Shown: positions 1-9,536 of the stretch, one piece after another | How the letters are laid out: each line of letters begins with the position of its first letter | How positions within the stretch are numbered: position 1 is the first letter of the stretch | Source of the DNA: a virus | Lineage: Duplodnaviria > Caudoviricetes | Virus record (IMG/VR): IMGVR_UViG_3300048848_000060 | Span: 1 to 62,240 of that record | Reading direction: 5' to 3' (one strand) | DNA length: 62,240 bases | Notes under the pieces: model-generated | Databases searched by the model: none | Told to the model about the DNA's origin: nothing | Seen by the model: the letters and a program-made list of their open reading frames with translations, nothing else | Program-made: the position numbers and the translations under genes

Positions 1-1
1 C

Positions 2-37
2 AAGGTGATCAAGGCGGCCGGCGTCAGCGCAGAGTAG
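2..37 (+). CDS. 3' end of a host gene (KVIKAAGVSAE*), probably a Bug/TctC tripartite tricarboxylate transporter substrate-binding protein; partial
   Basis: Only 11 codons visible; resembles the typical Bug-family C-terminus; followed by a GC-rich hairpin-like stretch. Confidence 0.4.
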   Translation, partial: KVIKAAGVSAE

Positions 38-67
38 CGCTGCGCGGCGCAGGCGCCTGCCGGCGGT

Positions 68-127
68 TCAGCGCAGCCCGCCGCCGCCGGCCTCGTCCGC
101 GCGTTGGATCAGTTCGACCTTGTAGCC
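68..127 (-). pseudogene. gloA: Displaced native 3' end of gloA ([19 protein letters not shown]) at the left prophage junction
   Basis: Minus-strand translation matches GYKVELIQR of the gloA ORF at 61526..61969; stop at 68-70. Confidence 0.9.
113..127 (+). repeat. Left att core TTCGACCTTGTAGCC
   Basis: Exact copy at 61604..61618. Confidence 0.93.
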
Positions 128-165
128 GTTGGGGCGCTGCGCTCTGATATGGCGCATCTGAGCAA

Positions 166-178
166 AATCAACGGGTTA
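166..178 (+). promoter_or_regulatory. IHF site in left att arm (AATCAACGGGTTA)
   Basis: Matches WATCAANNNNTTR; counterpart at 61578..61590. Confidence 0.7.
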
Positions 179-241
179 CGCTGGTACTGGCTTGCTGCCG
201 CGCCCCTCGAATACCTTCATGAACGTCTCCAGCCGCCACAA

Positions 242-251
242 ATTGGCGGCC
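242..251 (+). repeat. Putative integrase arm-type site ATTGGCGGCC
   Basis: Same 10-mer at 61561..61570 and a 1-mismatch copy at 61550..61559. Confidence 0.6.
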
Positions 252-301
252 GGAACGCCATGCAACGGATAGCATAGCCATCCGATTTATGAGGAGAGGC
301 T

Positions 302-1510
302 GTGGCTAGACCAAGAAAAAAAGACTCAGGGAAATGGGAGATTGGGCTGCGCCATCCGACGCTGCCAGGCGGGCGCAAGTACTTCACCTTCGACACGGAA
401 GCGGAGGCGATCACCTACGCGGAACAGTGGAAGCTGATGAAGATGGCGGGAGTGTCCCCGCCGGCCGAGTTGATGAAGCCGGCGGCCCAGGGCAAGAACC
501 TCGGGTTCATCGTGCGCCAGTACGCGAACAGCGGCCTTGCCGCGCCGTCGGCCGCTTCGCCGCTGGGCTCGGTGGTGACCGAAGTCGGCGCGACGCTGCT
601 TGAAGAGGCCGACTACGGCTGGCTGATGAAGTACGTGCTGCGGCTCAAGACCGAGCGCAACCTGGCGCCGAACTCGATCCGGCACCGCGTACAGGGCCTG
701 GGCCGGGCGATCGATGAGTACCTGCGCAACAACCCTGGGATCAAGTTTCAGAACCCAGTCAAGCTGCTGCCCAAGGGGTACAGCACCTACAACGAACTGG
801 ACGCCAAGCTTGTCACGGCGGCAGGCAAGAAGGTCAAGGTGGATGTGTCGCGAGACCGACGCCTGGGCCCTGGCGAGCAGGACCGGATCGTCCGGGCGCT
901 GTCTGGCTATCAGCGCGAGGACCGCGAGCGGCCGCTGATGCTCAAGGGTGGCAACGCGCTGTTGACGATGTTCCTGCTGATCGTCTACTCGGGCGTGCGC
1001 CTTCGGGAGGCCTACACATTGACGCGCGGCCAGATCGATCTGGTCGGCAAGGTGATGCGCGTCCGCAGCACCAAGCAGTGGCGCGGACGGGTGAAGTTTC
1101 GGGATGTGCCGATGCGGCCGGAGGTGCACCAGGCGCTGGTCAACTACCTGTCGACGCGGAGCCTGTTGCCGGCGGCCAACCTCTTTCCTTTCATGGAGGA
1201 GGAGCCGGACATGACGCTCACGCAGGTGACACAGCGGCTGTCGGACCGCTTCAAGCACGCCTTCAGGCAGGCCGACTGCCCAGATCTGCACGAGCACGAC
1301 CTGCGCCACGAGGCCACCTGCCGATGGCTGGAGTTGCGTGATGCCGCTGGCAACTGGATCTTCCGACTGGAGGAGATCAACCGCATCATGGGGTGGGCGC
1401 CGAACTCCACCATGGCGCATCGGTACGCCAGCTTCCGCGGCACGGACCTGGCGGCCCGGCTTTGGGTCAATGAGGGAACAGCGCCGGAGGCACGCGCCGC
1501 CGGGACTTGA
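302..1510 (+). CDS. int: Tyrosine integrase
   Basis: SGVRLRE (R), HDLRHEA (HxxR), IMGW...RY (W, Y); adjacent to att; GAGGAG RBS. Confidence 0.93.
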   Translation: MARPRKKDSGKWEIGLRHPTLPGGRKYFTFDTEAEAITYAEQWKLMKMAGVSPPAELMKPAAQGKNLGFIVRQYANSGLAAPSAASPLGSVVTEVGATLLEEADYGWLMKYVLRLKTERNLAPNSIRHRVQGLGRAIDEYLRNNPGIKFQNPVKLLPKGYSTYNELDAKLVTAAGKKVKVDVSRDRRLGPGEQDRIVRALSGYQREDRERPLMLKGGNALLTMFLLIVYSGVRLREAYTLTRGQIDLVGKVMRVRSTKQWRGRVKFRDVPMRPEVHQALVNYLSTRSLLPAANLFPFMEEEPDMTLTQVTQRLSDRFKHAFRQADCPDLHEHDLRHEATCRWLELRDAAGNWIFRLEEINRIMGWAPNSTMAHRYASFRGTDLAARLWVNEGTAPEARAAGT

Positions 1511-1736
1511 TAGGCGTCGGCTGCGCGGCGCCAGCCGTGCGCTTGCGCCGGCGCTCAGCTGCCTCCTCGCGGCCTCGCTCGGCGAGGTAGGCCAGCAAGT
1601 CGGCACGAACGAAGATCCACTCGCGGCCGATCTTGGTGCCGGGGATCTCGCCCTCGCGGGCCAGCTCCTCAACGTGCTTCGATGTGCAGTGCAGCAGCTC
1701 GCCGCACTGGTCAGAGTTCAGGGTCTCGGTGGTCAT
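1467..1736 (-). CDS. xis: Excisionase-like HTH protein
   Basis: LAREGEIPGTKIGREW excisionase-type motif; convergent with int. Confidence 0.8.
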   Translation of the reverse strand: MTTETLNSDQCGELLHCTSKHVEELAREGEIPGTKIGREWIFVRADLLAYLAERGREEAAERRRKRTAGAAQPTPIKSRRRVPPALFPH

Positions 1737-1750
1737 GGTGTCCGAAAAGC

Positions 1751-1772
1751 AAAAAGCCCGCACGTGGCGGGC
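1751..1772 (-). terminator. Intrinsic terminator GCCCGC-N5-GCGGGC-T5
   Basis: Hairpin plus T tract on minus strand upstream of xis. Confidence 0.75.
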
Positions 1773-1839
1773 TCGGTGTTGCTGGTTGCAGGGGCGTCCT
1801 ATACGGCATCCCTCGGCAGGTGCTGGATCGCGTCAGGGG

Positions 1840-2475
1840 TCACCACCAGTCTTCCGGCGTGGCTCGTTCGCCGTCGGTGTAGACCTCCACGATGTGATCG
1901 TTCGGGTAGTTGATGCGTTTTCGCGAGAAGTTGCCGACGATGATCTGGTCGCGGTTGAGGCGGCCGACCTTCAGCAGTCCCCACGCAGGAGAGTCGCAGC
2001 GTGCGGTGTGGTTGTTGGCGTGCGTGGCCACCGGAAGGTCCGGGAGTGTCAGCAGCAGGCGGGCCAGTTCGTGCGAGGTCATGGTCGTCATTCTCCGCAA
2101 TGTGGCTTGTTGGCGGATTGAAATTGCGGCGTCTAGCACCGCGTCCAGCTCGCCCGGCATTGCGCCAACAGGGTTGAGGCAATCCAGGCTGCTGTCGGGT
2201 TGGAAGACGCAAAGGGATTCGCCGCTGTCGCGCCCTTCGTGTTGTTCGCGCAGCTCGCGATACCGGGCCGCATCTGCCGTGTCGGCGGCAATGGCCGGCG
2301 CGGACCGTCGGTTCCAGGCTTCCGCCAGCAGTGGCCGGCAGTCGTCCATGATGCTGAAGCGCTGGATAGTGGAGCACAGGCACTTGCTGCACTGGATCCA
2401 GTTGGCGCCGGCCTTGTCGGCGCACCACATCGCGGCGGCTGCGCAGAAGGGGCAGGGAAGCAAAGTTCCGCTCAT
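1840..2475 (-). CDS. Lar-like (restriction alleviation) Zn-ribbon protein with C-terminal extension
   Basis: LLPCPFC...WIQCSKC...WNRR. Confidence 0.65.
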   Translation of the reverse strand: MSGTLLPCPFCAAAAMWCADKAGANWIQCSKCLCSTIQRFSIMDDCRPLLAEAWNRRSAPAIAADTADAARYRELREQHEGRDSGESLCVFQPDSSLDCLNPVGAMPGELDAVLDAAISIRQQATLRRMTTMTSHELARLLLTLPDLPVATHANNHTARCDSPAWGLLKVGRLNRDQIIVGNFSRKRINYPNDHIVEVYTDGERATPEDWW

Positions 2476-3167
2476 GCCTTGGCTCCCTGTTGGGCAGTAC
2501 GGGCTGCGGCCTGGTCCATCTTCCAGCGCGCCAACTCGCCGCGCTCGGCCGCCAGAGACACGAGCTCAGCCCGGCACCGTTCGGCCACCTCGCGCCATTG
2601 CTTGATCTCGCCTTGGACGTGCTCGAAGATCGCTTCGGCCATCTTCATCGGCTGGTCGGGGTCGATGGTCATGCAGCCGTGCAGGCCGGACAGGAAGCCC
2701 AGCGCCTGCCACGCTTCCTCGTCGCGCGGGTCGCGGGCGGGCGCAGCCGCAGCATCTAGGCGCTGCACGCTGGCCATCACGCGGGCGCGCAGCTCGTGCT
2801 GCTCGGGGCCGCACAGGGCAAGAAGCTCGGCAAACCATTTCGCAGGAAGCGAAACTTGATCTTCCCCGGCCGCAGCAGCACCAGCAACGGCCTGGGTCAG
2901 ACTGGAGTGCAGATCCAGCGCCCTCTCCAGCGCAGCCTGCAGGGCCTGGAAGTCCACGCCGTACTTGATGCCCTTGTACTGGGTCGTGATGCGCTCGCAC
3001 ATGCCCAAAGCCGCGACGGCGGCAGAGCGAAGGGCGGCCACGCCTGGGTTCTCGGCCGGCTCCGCGCCGCAGTTGCAGCGCACGCTGATGTCCATGGCGC
3101 GCGGGCAGCGCTTGTCGTGGTCGGCGGGGTTGTATCCGCCTGCTTGGGGGGTAGTTTTTTCGGTCAT
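2472..3167 (-). CDS. Hypothetical phage protein
   Basis: ATGA-coupled between neighbours in the leftward operon. Confidence 0.65.
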   Translation of the reverse strand: MTEKTTPQAGGYNPADHDKRCPRAMDISVRCNCGAEPAENPGVAALRSAAVAALGMCERITTQYKGIKYGVDFQALQAALERALDLHSSLTQAVAGAAAAGEDQVSLPAKWFAELLALCGPEQHELRARVMASVQRLDAAAAPARDPRDEEAWQALGFLSGLHGCMTIDPDQPMKMAEAIFEHVQGEIKQWREVAERCRAELVSLAAERGELARWKMDQAAARTAQQGAKA

Positions 3168-5011
3168 GCTGCTTGCCTTCCGTAGATCTCGGCCTCGTGG
3201 GCGAAGTTGGCCCGCACCAGCGCTTCGGCCAGCGGCGGACAGACGCTGTTGCCGCACATGCGCACCTGCGCGGTCTTGGTGAGCACCAGGCCCTGGCTCT
3301 CGTCGTCGCCGATGATGTAGTCGGCCGGGAAGCCCTGGGCCGTGAACAGCTCGCGCGGCGTCAGCATGCGCAGGCCGATGTCCACGATCTGGTAGTCCTG
3401 GCCGTGGATGGTCACCAGCCCGAAGCGGTGCTTCGTGGTGATCGTCGCGAGCGGGTCGGTCAGCTGCGGGTCCTGGTCGGTGCCGTAGTACTTCAGCAGG
3501 AACGCGCGCACCTCGGCGTGGTGCTGGCCGCCGGCGCTGACCGTGTGCAGCGGCTCATCGGTGCCGGCGGTGCTGCTGGTGCCGCGCAGCTTCACCAGGT
3601 TGCTGGTCACCACTGCGGCCGGCATGCCCGACGCGGCAATGGTGTTGAGCGGCGCCGTCACGTCGCGCACGCCGTGGCTGAACCGCTTCGTGCCGTCCTT
3701 GCCCTCGCCGTGGCCCATGTGCACCAGGCTGGCCGCCACCAGGCTGTGGTGGTCCACTGCCGTGACGGTGCCGATGCTTTCGTTCAGGTCGCTGCCGACG
3801 ACGCCGGTGTAGTGCTTGGCCAGGAAGGCGGCCACCAGCGCGTGCTTCGACGCGCCGGCCACCACGGTTCCCAGCGGCTTGCCGATGTCCAGCGCCCGCG
3901 GCGCCTGGCCCTCGCGCTCGCCGTAGCCGGTCTGCACGAGCGTCGGCGACACCAGCGCGAAGTGGCCGCCCTTGACCTGGGCGCACTGGGTGCGCATCGG
4001 CTCCTCGAGCGAGAACACGCGCTGCGTCGAGCTGTTGGCATGCTCGGTCATGAACGGCGCCGTGCTGGTGGCCGGCACGAAGAACGGGCGCTCGGCGTTG
4101 ACCACGTACCGCATGATTCCCTTGGCGATGCGCCGCAGCGTGGCGTCGGCCAGCGGGCGGGTGCGCTCGAAGATCGAGGGGCAGGGGATCGACCAGTCGA
4201 TGCACTCGGCTGCGGTGCGCCACGGCTGCAGCTTGCCGGCCTGGACCGGCGTGCTGTCCGGAGCCGCATGGGTGACCGGCGGCCGGGCGATGGTGGGGAG
4301 GCCGTCGCGGCGGCCGACCATGAAGAACCGCTTGCGGATCGTGGGCGTGCCGTAGTCGCAGGCCTTGAGCTCGGCGCACTCCACGGTGTAGTGCATGCCA
4401 TCCAGGGCCATGGAGAACTCGGCCTCGGTGAAGGCCAGCGGCCCGGTGCACAGCGCGGCGCGCGCATCCTCGATGGATTCGTTGCCGTCGCGCTCGGCCA
4501 GCGGCACGCCGGTGGTCAGCATCTGGCGGAACACGCGGAAGGTCTGGCCCTTCTTGGCCGGGTCGGGGTAGGTGTCGCCGTGCTCGTCGGTCAGTAAGGG
4601 CCCCCAGGTCTGGAACTCCTCGACGTTCTCCAGCATGAAGCTGCGCGGCTTGGTGCGGACGACCCAGCGCACGCCGATCCAGGCCAGGCCGCGGATCTCC
4701 TTCTCCACGGGCTTGGCGCCCTTGGCCTTGCTGAAGTGCTTGCAGTCAGGCGACAGCCACACCAGGCCGACGGGCTGGTTTCCCGTCACCTCGATGGGGT
4801 CCACGTCCCAGACGCTTTCGCACAGGTGCCGGGTGTGCGGGTGGTTCGCGGCGTGCATCGCCAGCGCTTCCGCGTTGTGGTTGATGGCGATGTCCACGGG
4901 CCGGCCGAAGGCGCGCTCCAGCCCGGTGCTGGTGCCGCCGCCGCCCGCGAAGTTGTCGATGATGAGCTCGCCGGGGAATGCCAGCGGCAGGGTGAAGGCG
5001 TCACGCTTCAT
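3164..5011 (-). CDS. DNA cytosine-C5 methyltransferase
   Basis: FAGGGG, SPDC, ENV, RKRFF and GNSV motifs; long variable region. Confidence 0.93.
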   Translation of the reverse strand: MKRDAFTLPLAFPGELIIDNFAGGGGTSTGLERAFGRPVDIAINHNAEALAMHAANHPHTRHLCESVWDVDPIEVTGNQPVGLVWLSPDCKHFSKAKGAKPVEKEIRGLAWIGVRWVVRTKPRSFMLENVEEFQTWGPLLTDEHGDTYPDPAKKGQTFRVFRQMLTTGVPLAERDGNESIEDARAALCTGPLAFTEAEFSMALDGMHYTVECAELKACDYGTPTIRKRFFMVGRRDGLPTIARPPVTHAAPDSTPVQAGKLQPWRTAAECIDWSIPCPSIFERTRPLADATLRRIAKGIMRYVVNAERPFFVPATSTAPFMTEHANSSTQRVFSLEEPMRTQCAQVKGGHFALVSPTLVQTGYGEREGQAPRALDIGKPLGTVVAGASKHALVAAFLAKHYTGVVGSDLNESIGTVTAVDHHSLVAASLVHMGHGEGKDGTKRFSHGVRDVTAPLNTIAASGMPAAVVTSNLVKLRGTSSTAGTDEPLHTVSAGGQHHAEVRAFLLKYYGTDQDPQLTDPLATITTKHRFGLVTIHGQDYQIVDIGLRMLTPRELFTAQGFPADYIIGDDESQGLVLTKTAQVRMCGNSVCPPLAEALVRANFAHEAEIYGRQAA

Positions 5012-5041
5012 TTTTCAATCATTCGCAGATGCACATGTTGG

Positions 5042-5533
5042 TCATGCCGCCAGGTGGAAGCCGCAGCGGGCGAGCGGGTCGCGGAACGGGATGTCGTCGT
5101 CCATGTCGTCGAAGCCGCTTGAGCCGCCCGGCCGCGCGGCGGGCGCGGGGGAAGGGGCGGGGGGGCGACGTGCGGCCGGCGGCGGAGCGGATGCGGGCGC
5201 TGCGTCGTCTTGGCGTTGGCCGCGAGCGAAGTCGTCGAAGTCCGCCACGCCCTCCAGCGCCACGCCCATGGTGCGATCCTGCTTCTCGAACGTCACGACG
5301 TGCAGCTCGCGGATCACCAGAGAAACCTGCTTGCCCTTCAACAGGTACGGCACCAGCGCTTCGGCCTGCTTGCCGAACATTGATACCTTGACCCACTGCG
5401 AGGGCTTGCGGCCATCCTCGCCCTTGCGGCCGTAGTTGTAGGCCACGCTCATTTGAACGACCTGGCCGCCGCCTGATGTGGCGCGAAGCTCGGCATTGCG
5501 CCCGATGGTGAAAAGTCCGGTCAGAGTTGCCAT
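5042..5533 (-). CDS. ssb: Single-stranded DNA-binding protein
   Basis: OB-fold SSB pattern; acidic DDDIPF near C-terminus. Confidence 0.92.
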   Translation of the reverse strand: MATLTGLFTIGRNAELRATSGGGQVVQMSVAYNYGRKGEDGRKPSQWVKVSMFGKQAEALVPYLLKGKQVSLVIRELHVVTFEKQDRTMGVALEGVADFDDFARGQRQDDAAPASAPPPAARRPPAPSPAPAARPGGSSGFDDMDDDIPFRDPLARCGFHLAA

Positions 5534-5541
5534 GGTGTCTT

Positions 5542-6195
5542 TCAGGCGGCCAGCAGCCGCATTTGCTTTTCTTCGGCGTCCACTTCCATGAGGAACTGAA
5601 GGACGCCGCGCTCGTGCGCCTCGATGTGGTCGGCAACTGCCGCGCGCTCGATGCGGGTGATGAAGGTGCGCAGCTTGGGCGGCATGCGCGGGTCGAACGA
5701 CTGGAAGTCGCAGAACTCGTAGCCCGTGACCCAGAAGGTGTGAATCACCTGGGGCATGTACTCGGCCGGCACGACGCCGCCGCGCAGGTAGGCGTAGTGG
5801 TTCTTGGACTTGGGGCTCTTGGACTCCCAGAAGCCGATCCGGCCGCGTTCCACGATCCGGCCGTCGATGCTGCAGCCGGCCGCGATGTCGGGGAGGTACG
5901 CGAAGCCTTGCTGTTCAATGACCAGGTCGCGCTCCAGCTCGTAGGCCATGCGCGAGTGCGGCTCCTGCTCCTTGCCCCAGGCGATTTCTTCCGTCTCCTG
6001 GAAGCCCTGTGGCGCCGGCACGCGGGTAAGGCGCTCCAGTACCAGCGACATGCGCAGGTTCGCGCGCGTGGCGGCCTCGCCGGATTTCACAGTGGCGAAC
6101 ACCGCGGCGCAGGCGGAGCCCGTGACCTTGCCCAGCCTGTCCAGTTTCCAGCCCTCAGTGCCCTGGGCGTGCGGGCTGACGATGAAGCGGCTCAT
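5542..6195 (-). CDS. YqaJ/lambda-exonuclease-like protein
   Basis: QGTEGW...R.GKVTGS, WGKEQE, SIDG, ESK, YMPQV. Confidence 0.88.
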   Translation of the reverse strand: MSRFIVSPHAQGTEGWKLDRLGKVTGSACAAVFATVKSGEAATRANLRMSLVLERLTRVPAPQGFQETEEIAWGKEQEPHSRMAYELERDLVIEQQGFAYLPDIAAGCSIDGRIVERGRIGFWESKSPKSKNHYAYLRGGVVPAEYMPQVIHTFWVTGYEFCDFQSFDPRMPPKLRTFITRIERAAVADHIEAHERGVLQFLMEVDAEEKQMRLLAA

Positions 6196-6947
6196 GCTGC
6201 AGCCCCAGTCAGCGCGGCGCGCTTGGCGTCTACCACCATCTTGAAGGCGTCCCAGCCAGCCACATCGCCGGCCGCGCTGAACTCTGCGCCGGCCATCTTG
6301 CGCGTCGCATTCAGGGCTTCTAAGTTGACCGCGGAGTTCGCTTTCGCGATCCAGTCCTGCAGGAGGCCGGCGCCGTCGTAGGCATCGCCGCCGCCACGCC
6401 CGTCGTCATCTTCCATGTCCTTCGTGGCGAGGCCAGTTGCCGCCAGGAGCGTGTAGCGCTGCAGGTAGGTAACGGTCGATGCGACCTGCTGGATGCGATT
6501 CTTCTTGCCGCTGTCGTCCGGCGCGCCTTCGAGCGTGGTTGCCTCGCTGTGGCCCAGCTTGTGGGTCAGCGTGCACGTCACGATGATGCGCGCGTCCTGC
6601 TGCACCGTGTCCCAGCGATGGCTGATGCCATGCTCGGCGAGCGCCTGCATGATGGCCGCCGTGACATCGCCCAACGTGGCATGCATGTACTGCGTGCCGC
6701 TGAACGCGACCTCCTTGCGTTTGAAGATCTCGGGCGGGCTGCGCTTGAAGTCCGCCATGGCCTGGACGTAGGCCTTGCGAGCCTCGTTGGCCTCCCAGTC
6801 CTTTTGCAGGTCCAGCATGGCGCGCATGTCGGCGATGGACATGCCGGCCTTCATGGCTTGCATCGCCATGGCCAGCGGGCCACCCTGGGGTTCCGGAGCG
6901 GCGGCAACGGCTGTAGCGCGCGGCTCGGCTTCAATGATCTCGTTCAT
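6192..6947 (-). CDS. ERF-family single-strand annealing protein
   Basis: HKLGHSE...STVTYLQRYTLLAATGLAT.DMEDDDG. Confidence 0.88.
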   Translation of the reverse strand: MNEIIEAEPRATAVAAAPEPQGGPLAMAMQAMKAGMSIADMRAMLDLQKDWEANEARKAYVQAMADFKRSPPEIFKRKEVAFSGTQYMHATLGDVTAAIMQALAEHGISHRWDTVQQDARIIVTCTLTHKLGHSEATTLEGAPDDSGKKNRIQQVASTVTYLQRYTLLAATGLATKDMEDDDGRGGGDAYDGAGLLQDWIAKANSAVNLEALNATRKMAGAEFSAAGDVAGWDAFKMVVDAKRAALTGAAA

Positions 6948-8248
6948 GCGGCACCTCCTTCTGCTTCCACGGTTGCAATGGCCGTGCGGACGATTCGGCG
7001 CACGGTGTTGGTAGAGACGGCCCCGCATCCGCCTTCCAGGTACGGCTCCACGGTGCCTTTCAGGACGTCCATCAGCATCGGGCCGTGCCGCTGCGCGGCG
7101 GCCATGCGGGCTGCAGCCTTCGCGGCCACCGCGGCCTGGGCCTCGGCAGCTGCGCGTGCTTCGTCGGCGATTCGCTGCTGGTCGGCACGGCGGGCCGCGG
7201 CCTCTTCATCCAGGCGCTTACGCTCGGCTGCGGCTGCAGCGTCTGCCGCGTCCTGCTCGGCCTTGCGTGCTGCTGCGGCGCGGGCTTCCTCGGCCTCGCG
7301 CACGGCGCGCTGCTCGGCCTCCAGCGCAGCGCGCGCGTCGGCGATGCGCTTGTCCTCTGCGGCGCGGGCCTCGCGCGCCAGGCGGTCTTCCTCATCGCGG
7401 CGGGCGCGATCGGCGTCCTCGCGCTTCTTGGCCTCGGCGCGGGCCGCAGCTTGCTCGGCCTCGAATGCAGCGCGCTCGGCTGCCAGGCGCTCGGCTTCGG
7501 CCTTCTGCTGCGCGGCTATGCGCTCGCGCTCGGCCTTGGCCAGAGCTTCCGCCTCCGCGCGCAGGCGGGCCAGCTCGGCGCGCTCTTCCTCCATCCGGAC
7601 CAACTCGGCCTCATGCTCAGCGGCGGCGGCGTGCATCTCGTCCAGACGGTCTAGCGTCTGGGTTTTGGCCTGGGCGGCCTCTCCGGCCCGGTCGCCGAAA
7701 GCCTCCAGGGTGATTTCGATGGCGCGCAGGTTGTCCGCTGCGACTGCGATGCCGGCGGCCTTGACGCCGGACGGGATGACTGCAAACGAGCGGATGAGGT
7801 CGATGCGCGTCTGAATCGCAGCAGCTGCTTCGCGCTCCTTGCGGTCGCGCTCGGCCTTCTCGGCGGCCTTGCGCTCCTCCTCGGCCTTGATCTGGTCGTC
7901 GATCGGCTTTTCGTAAGCTTCGACCTCTGCGATTAGCTCCCCGGCGCGCGCATTGAACTGGCGCTGCATCGTGCCCAGCATCTTGGAGCCGTCTTCCTTC
8001 AGCTTCTGCATCGGGAAGCGGGCCTCAGTGCGCAGCTGCATCCGTGCGCGCTTCGCCTCGTCCATGCCCTTAGTCGTGGACACGTCGAAGGCAACGTCCT
8101 TGAAGGTGGCATGGAGGCCGCGCGCCAGGGCTGCCAGTTCGGTCAACCGCAGGTTGCTGGCGGACACTTCGGCGAGAGCGGTGCCGACGGCGTCGGCGGG
8201 CTGGGCGGTGACGGCTGCGGCGGGCCGCTCGATCAGGTCAGTGGTCAT
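6944..8248 (-). CDS. Long coiled-coil phage protein
   Basis: A/E/R/K-rich heptads; coupled to ERF. Confidence 0.75.
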   Translation of the reverse strand: MTTDLIERPAAAVTAQPADAVGTALAEVSASNLRLTELAALARGLHATFKDVAFDVSTTKGMDEAKRARMQLRTEARFPMQKLKEDGSKMLGTMQRQFNARAGELIAEVEAYEKPIDDQIKAEEERKAAEKAERDRKEREAAAAIQTRIDLIRSFAVIPSGVKAAGIAVAADNLRAIEITLEAFGDRAGEAAQAKTQTLDRLDEMHAAAAEHEAELVRMEEERAELARLRAEAEALAKAERERIAAQQKAEAERLAAERAAFEAEQAAARAEAKKREDADRARRDEEDRLAREARAAEDKRIADARAALEAEQRAVREAEEARAAAARKAEQDAADAAAAAERKRLDEEAAARRADQQRIADEARAAAEAQAAVAAKAAARMAAAQRHGPMLMDVLKGTVEPYLEGGCGAVSTNTVRRIVRTAIATVEAEGGAA

Positions 8249-8255
8249 GGTGTGC

Positions 8256-8417
8256 TTAGAAGAAGATGGAGAAGAAGGCGAACGGGTCGCGCAGGACGGC
8301 GCCGATCAGGGCGAGCTGCAGCGCGGTGATGGCGAGGGCGCCGGCCAGGAACAGGGCGTCCTGGGCGCGGGTGGAGTAGTCGGCCGGCGCGGGCGCGGCC
8401 TCGTGGTGCTCGCCCAT
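8256..8417 (-). CDS. Small membrane protein
   Basis: 53 aa with hydrophobic segment; coupled. Confidence 0.5.
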   Translation of the reverse strand: MGEHHEAAPAPADYSTRAQDALFLAGALAITALQLALIGAVLRDPFAFFSIFF

Positions 8418-8590
8418 CAGATCCACCCCAGCGCGGCAGCCGCGATGACGCCGGCCAGCACGGCCAGGCAGAACGCGGTGATGGCCTTGTCCTCGCGGCA
8501 CATGCGAGCCGGCCGGGGCTCCTCGATGTGTGTGCTGGTGTAGGGACCGAAGGCCTCCTGCAGCGAGCGCGGATGGCGGCGCGTGTTCAT
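8417..8590 (-). CDS. Small membrane-anchored phage protein
   Basis: TRRHPRSLQEAFGPY then C-terminal TM; GGAG RBS. Confidence 0.6.
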   Translation of the reverse strand: MNTRRHPRSLQEAFGPYTSTHIEEPRPARMCREDKAITAFCLAVLAGVIAAAALGWI

Positions 8591-8835
8591 GCTGGTCTCC
8601 GCGACGCCGCAGCGAAGTTGCGCTCGTAGCGCTCGAAGTCGTCGGCAAAGGCCTCGCGCAGCTTGGCCTTGCGGCGCTCGTCGGCCATGTAGTAGCAGCG
8701 CACCAGCGACTTGATGAACCCGCCGCCGATCTGCTCCATCATGTGGAGCGGGTCGTCGTAGGGGCAGGGGAGCGGCTTGCGCTGCTCGAACTGCTGGGCC
8801 AGCTGTGCGGCCGGGATGGCGTCGAGCGTGTTCAT
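8587..8835 (-). CDS. Hypothetical phage protein
   Basis: 82 aa, GGAGG RBS, coupled. Confidence 0.65.
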   Translation of the reverse strand: MNTLDAIPAAQLAQQFEQRKPLPCPYDDPLHMMEQIGGGFIKSLVRCYYMADERRKAKLREAFADDFERYERNFAAASRRPA

Positions 8836-9089
8836 TGCATTGCCTCCTTGATGACGGACAGAGCGATGGCTTGCTGCAGGTGTGCGACTGCCTGGCCGGC
8901 CTCGAACTGGAAGGAGCCCTCGACGCCCATGCTGTGGGCGTGCTTGACGCTGGCGAGGGCGATGTCAACCTGCGCGAGGTGGTAGTCGACCGTGAAGCCG
9001 TCCTCGTCGACGGCAGGAGCGACTGCGCGCCGTTCGCTTTCCGCCCTGATGGCGTTTGCCGCCTTGAAGTCGTCGGTGTAGCGGCCCAT
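8832..9089 (-). CDS. Hypothetical protein, first gene of PL operon
   Basis: AGGAGG RBS upstream of ATG. Confidence 0.65.
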   Translation of the reverse strand: MGRYTDDFKAANAIRAESERRAVAPAVDEDGFTVDYHLAQVDIALASVKHAHSMGVEGSFQFEAGQAVAHLQQAIALSVIKEAMQ

Positions 9090-9131
9090 GGTTGCCTCCT
9101 GCCTTCTGTGATGGACGCGGCGCGCGGCCGC

Positions 9132-9190
9132 AAAAAAGCCCGCGCGCGGCGGGCCTCGGTGAGAAACAGAAAAGCCCTCGTCGGAGGGCT
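9132..9190 (-). terminator. Two tandem intrinsic terminators at the end of the PL leader
   Basis: AGCCCTC/GAGGGCT + T4 (9170..9190); GCCCGC/GCGGGC + T6 (9132..9154). Confidence 0.75.
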
Positions 9191-9536
9191 CTTGTGTTCC
9201 GCCCCTCTTGCGAAGGGCCGATCGGTCGTTGTGTCTCTTGGCCTCCCGGAATGCCTCACCGCCGTATCGAACCCAGCGGATGGATTTCGCGGTGCTGTGG
9301 TTGCTCGCCTGCTGCCGGCTCAAGTCCGGCATGCATGCGGCGCCCTATCTCGTTCACGTTGCCTGGTCCCATCCGGGGGCATTGCGCTACTAGCCTTCGC
9401 ACCGACGACCTCTTCTATCCCGCTGCCGCCCGCGGTGCCCTGTGTTTAGCCAGCCGTGCTTGCTGCAGGAACTTGAGGCGGCTCGGCCGATCCCGTGGCG
9501 CCAACACGTACCGGCCGGAGGCCTGTTTTCGTGCTG
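9132..9536 (-). ncRNA. Candidate structured leader or small RNA from PL
   Basis: ~400 nt with no convincing ORF, several hairpins (9201..9218 with GCAA loop; 9314..9330), promoter at one end and terminators at the other. Confidence 0.45.

Noticed and set aside
5042-5100. SSB extends 13 aa past DDDIPF
   Set aside because: Similar extensions occur in phage SSBs from memory; no evidence of a frameshift
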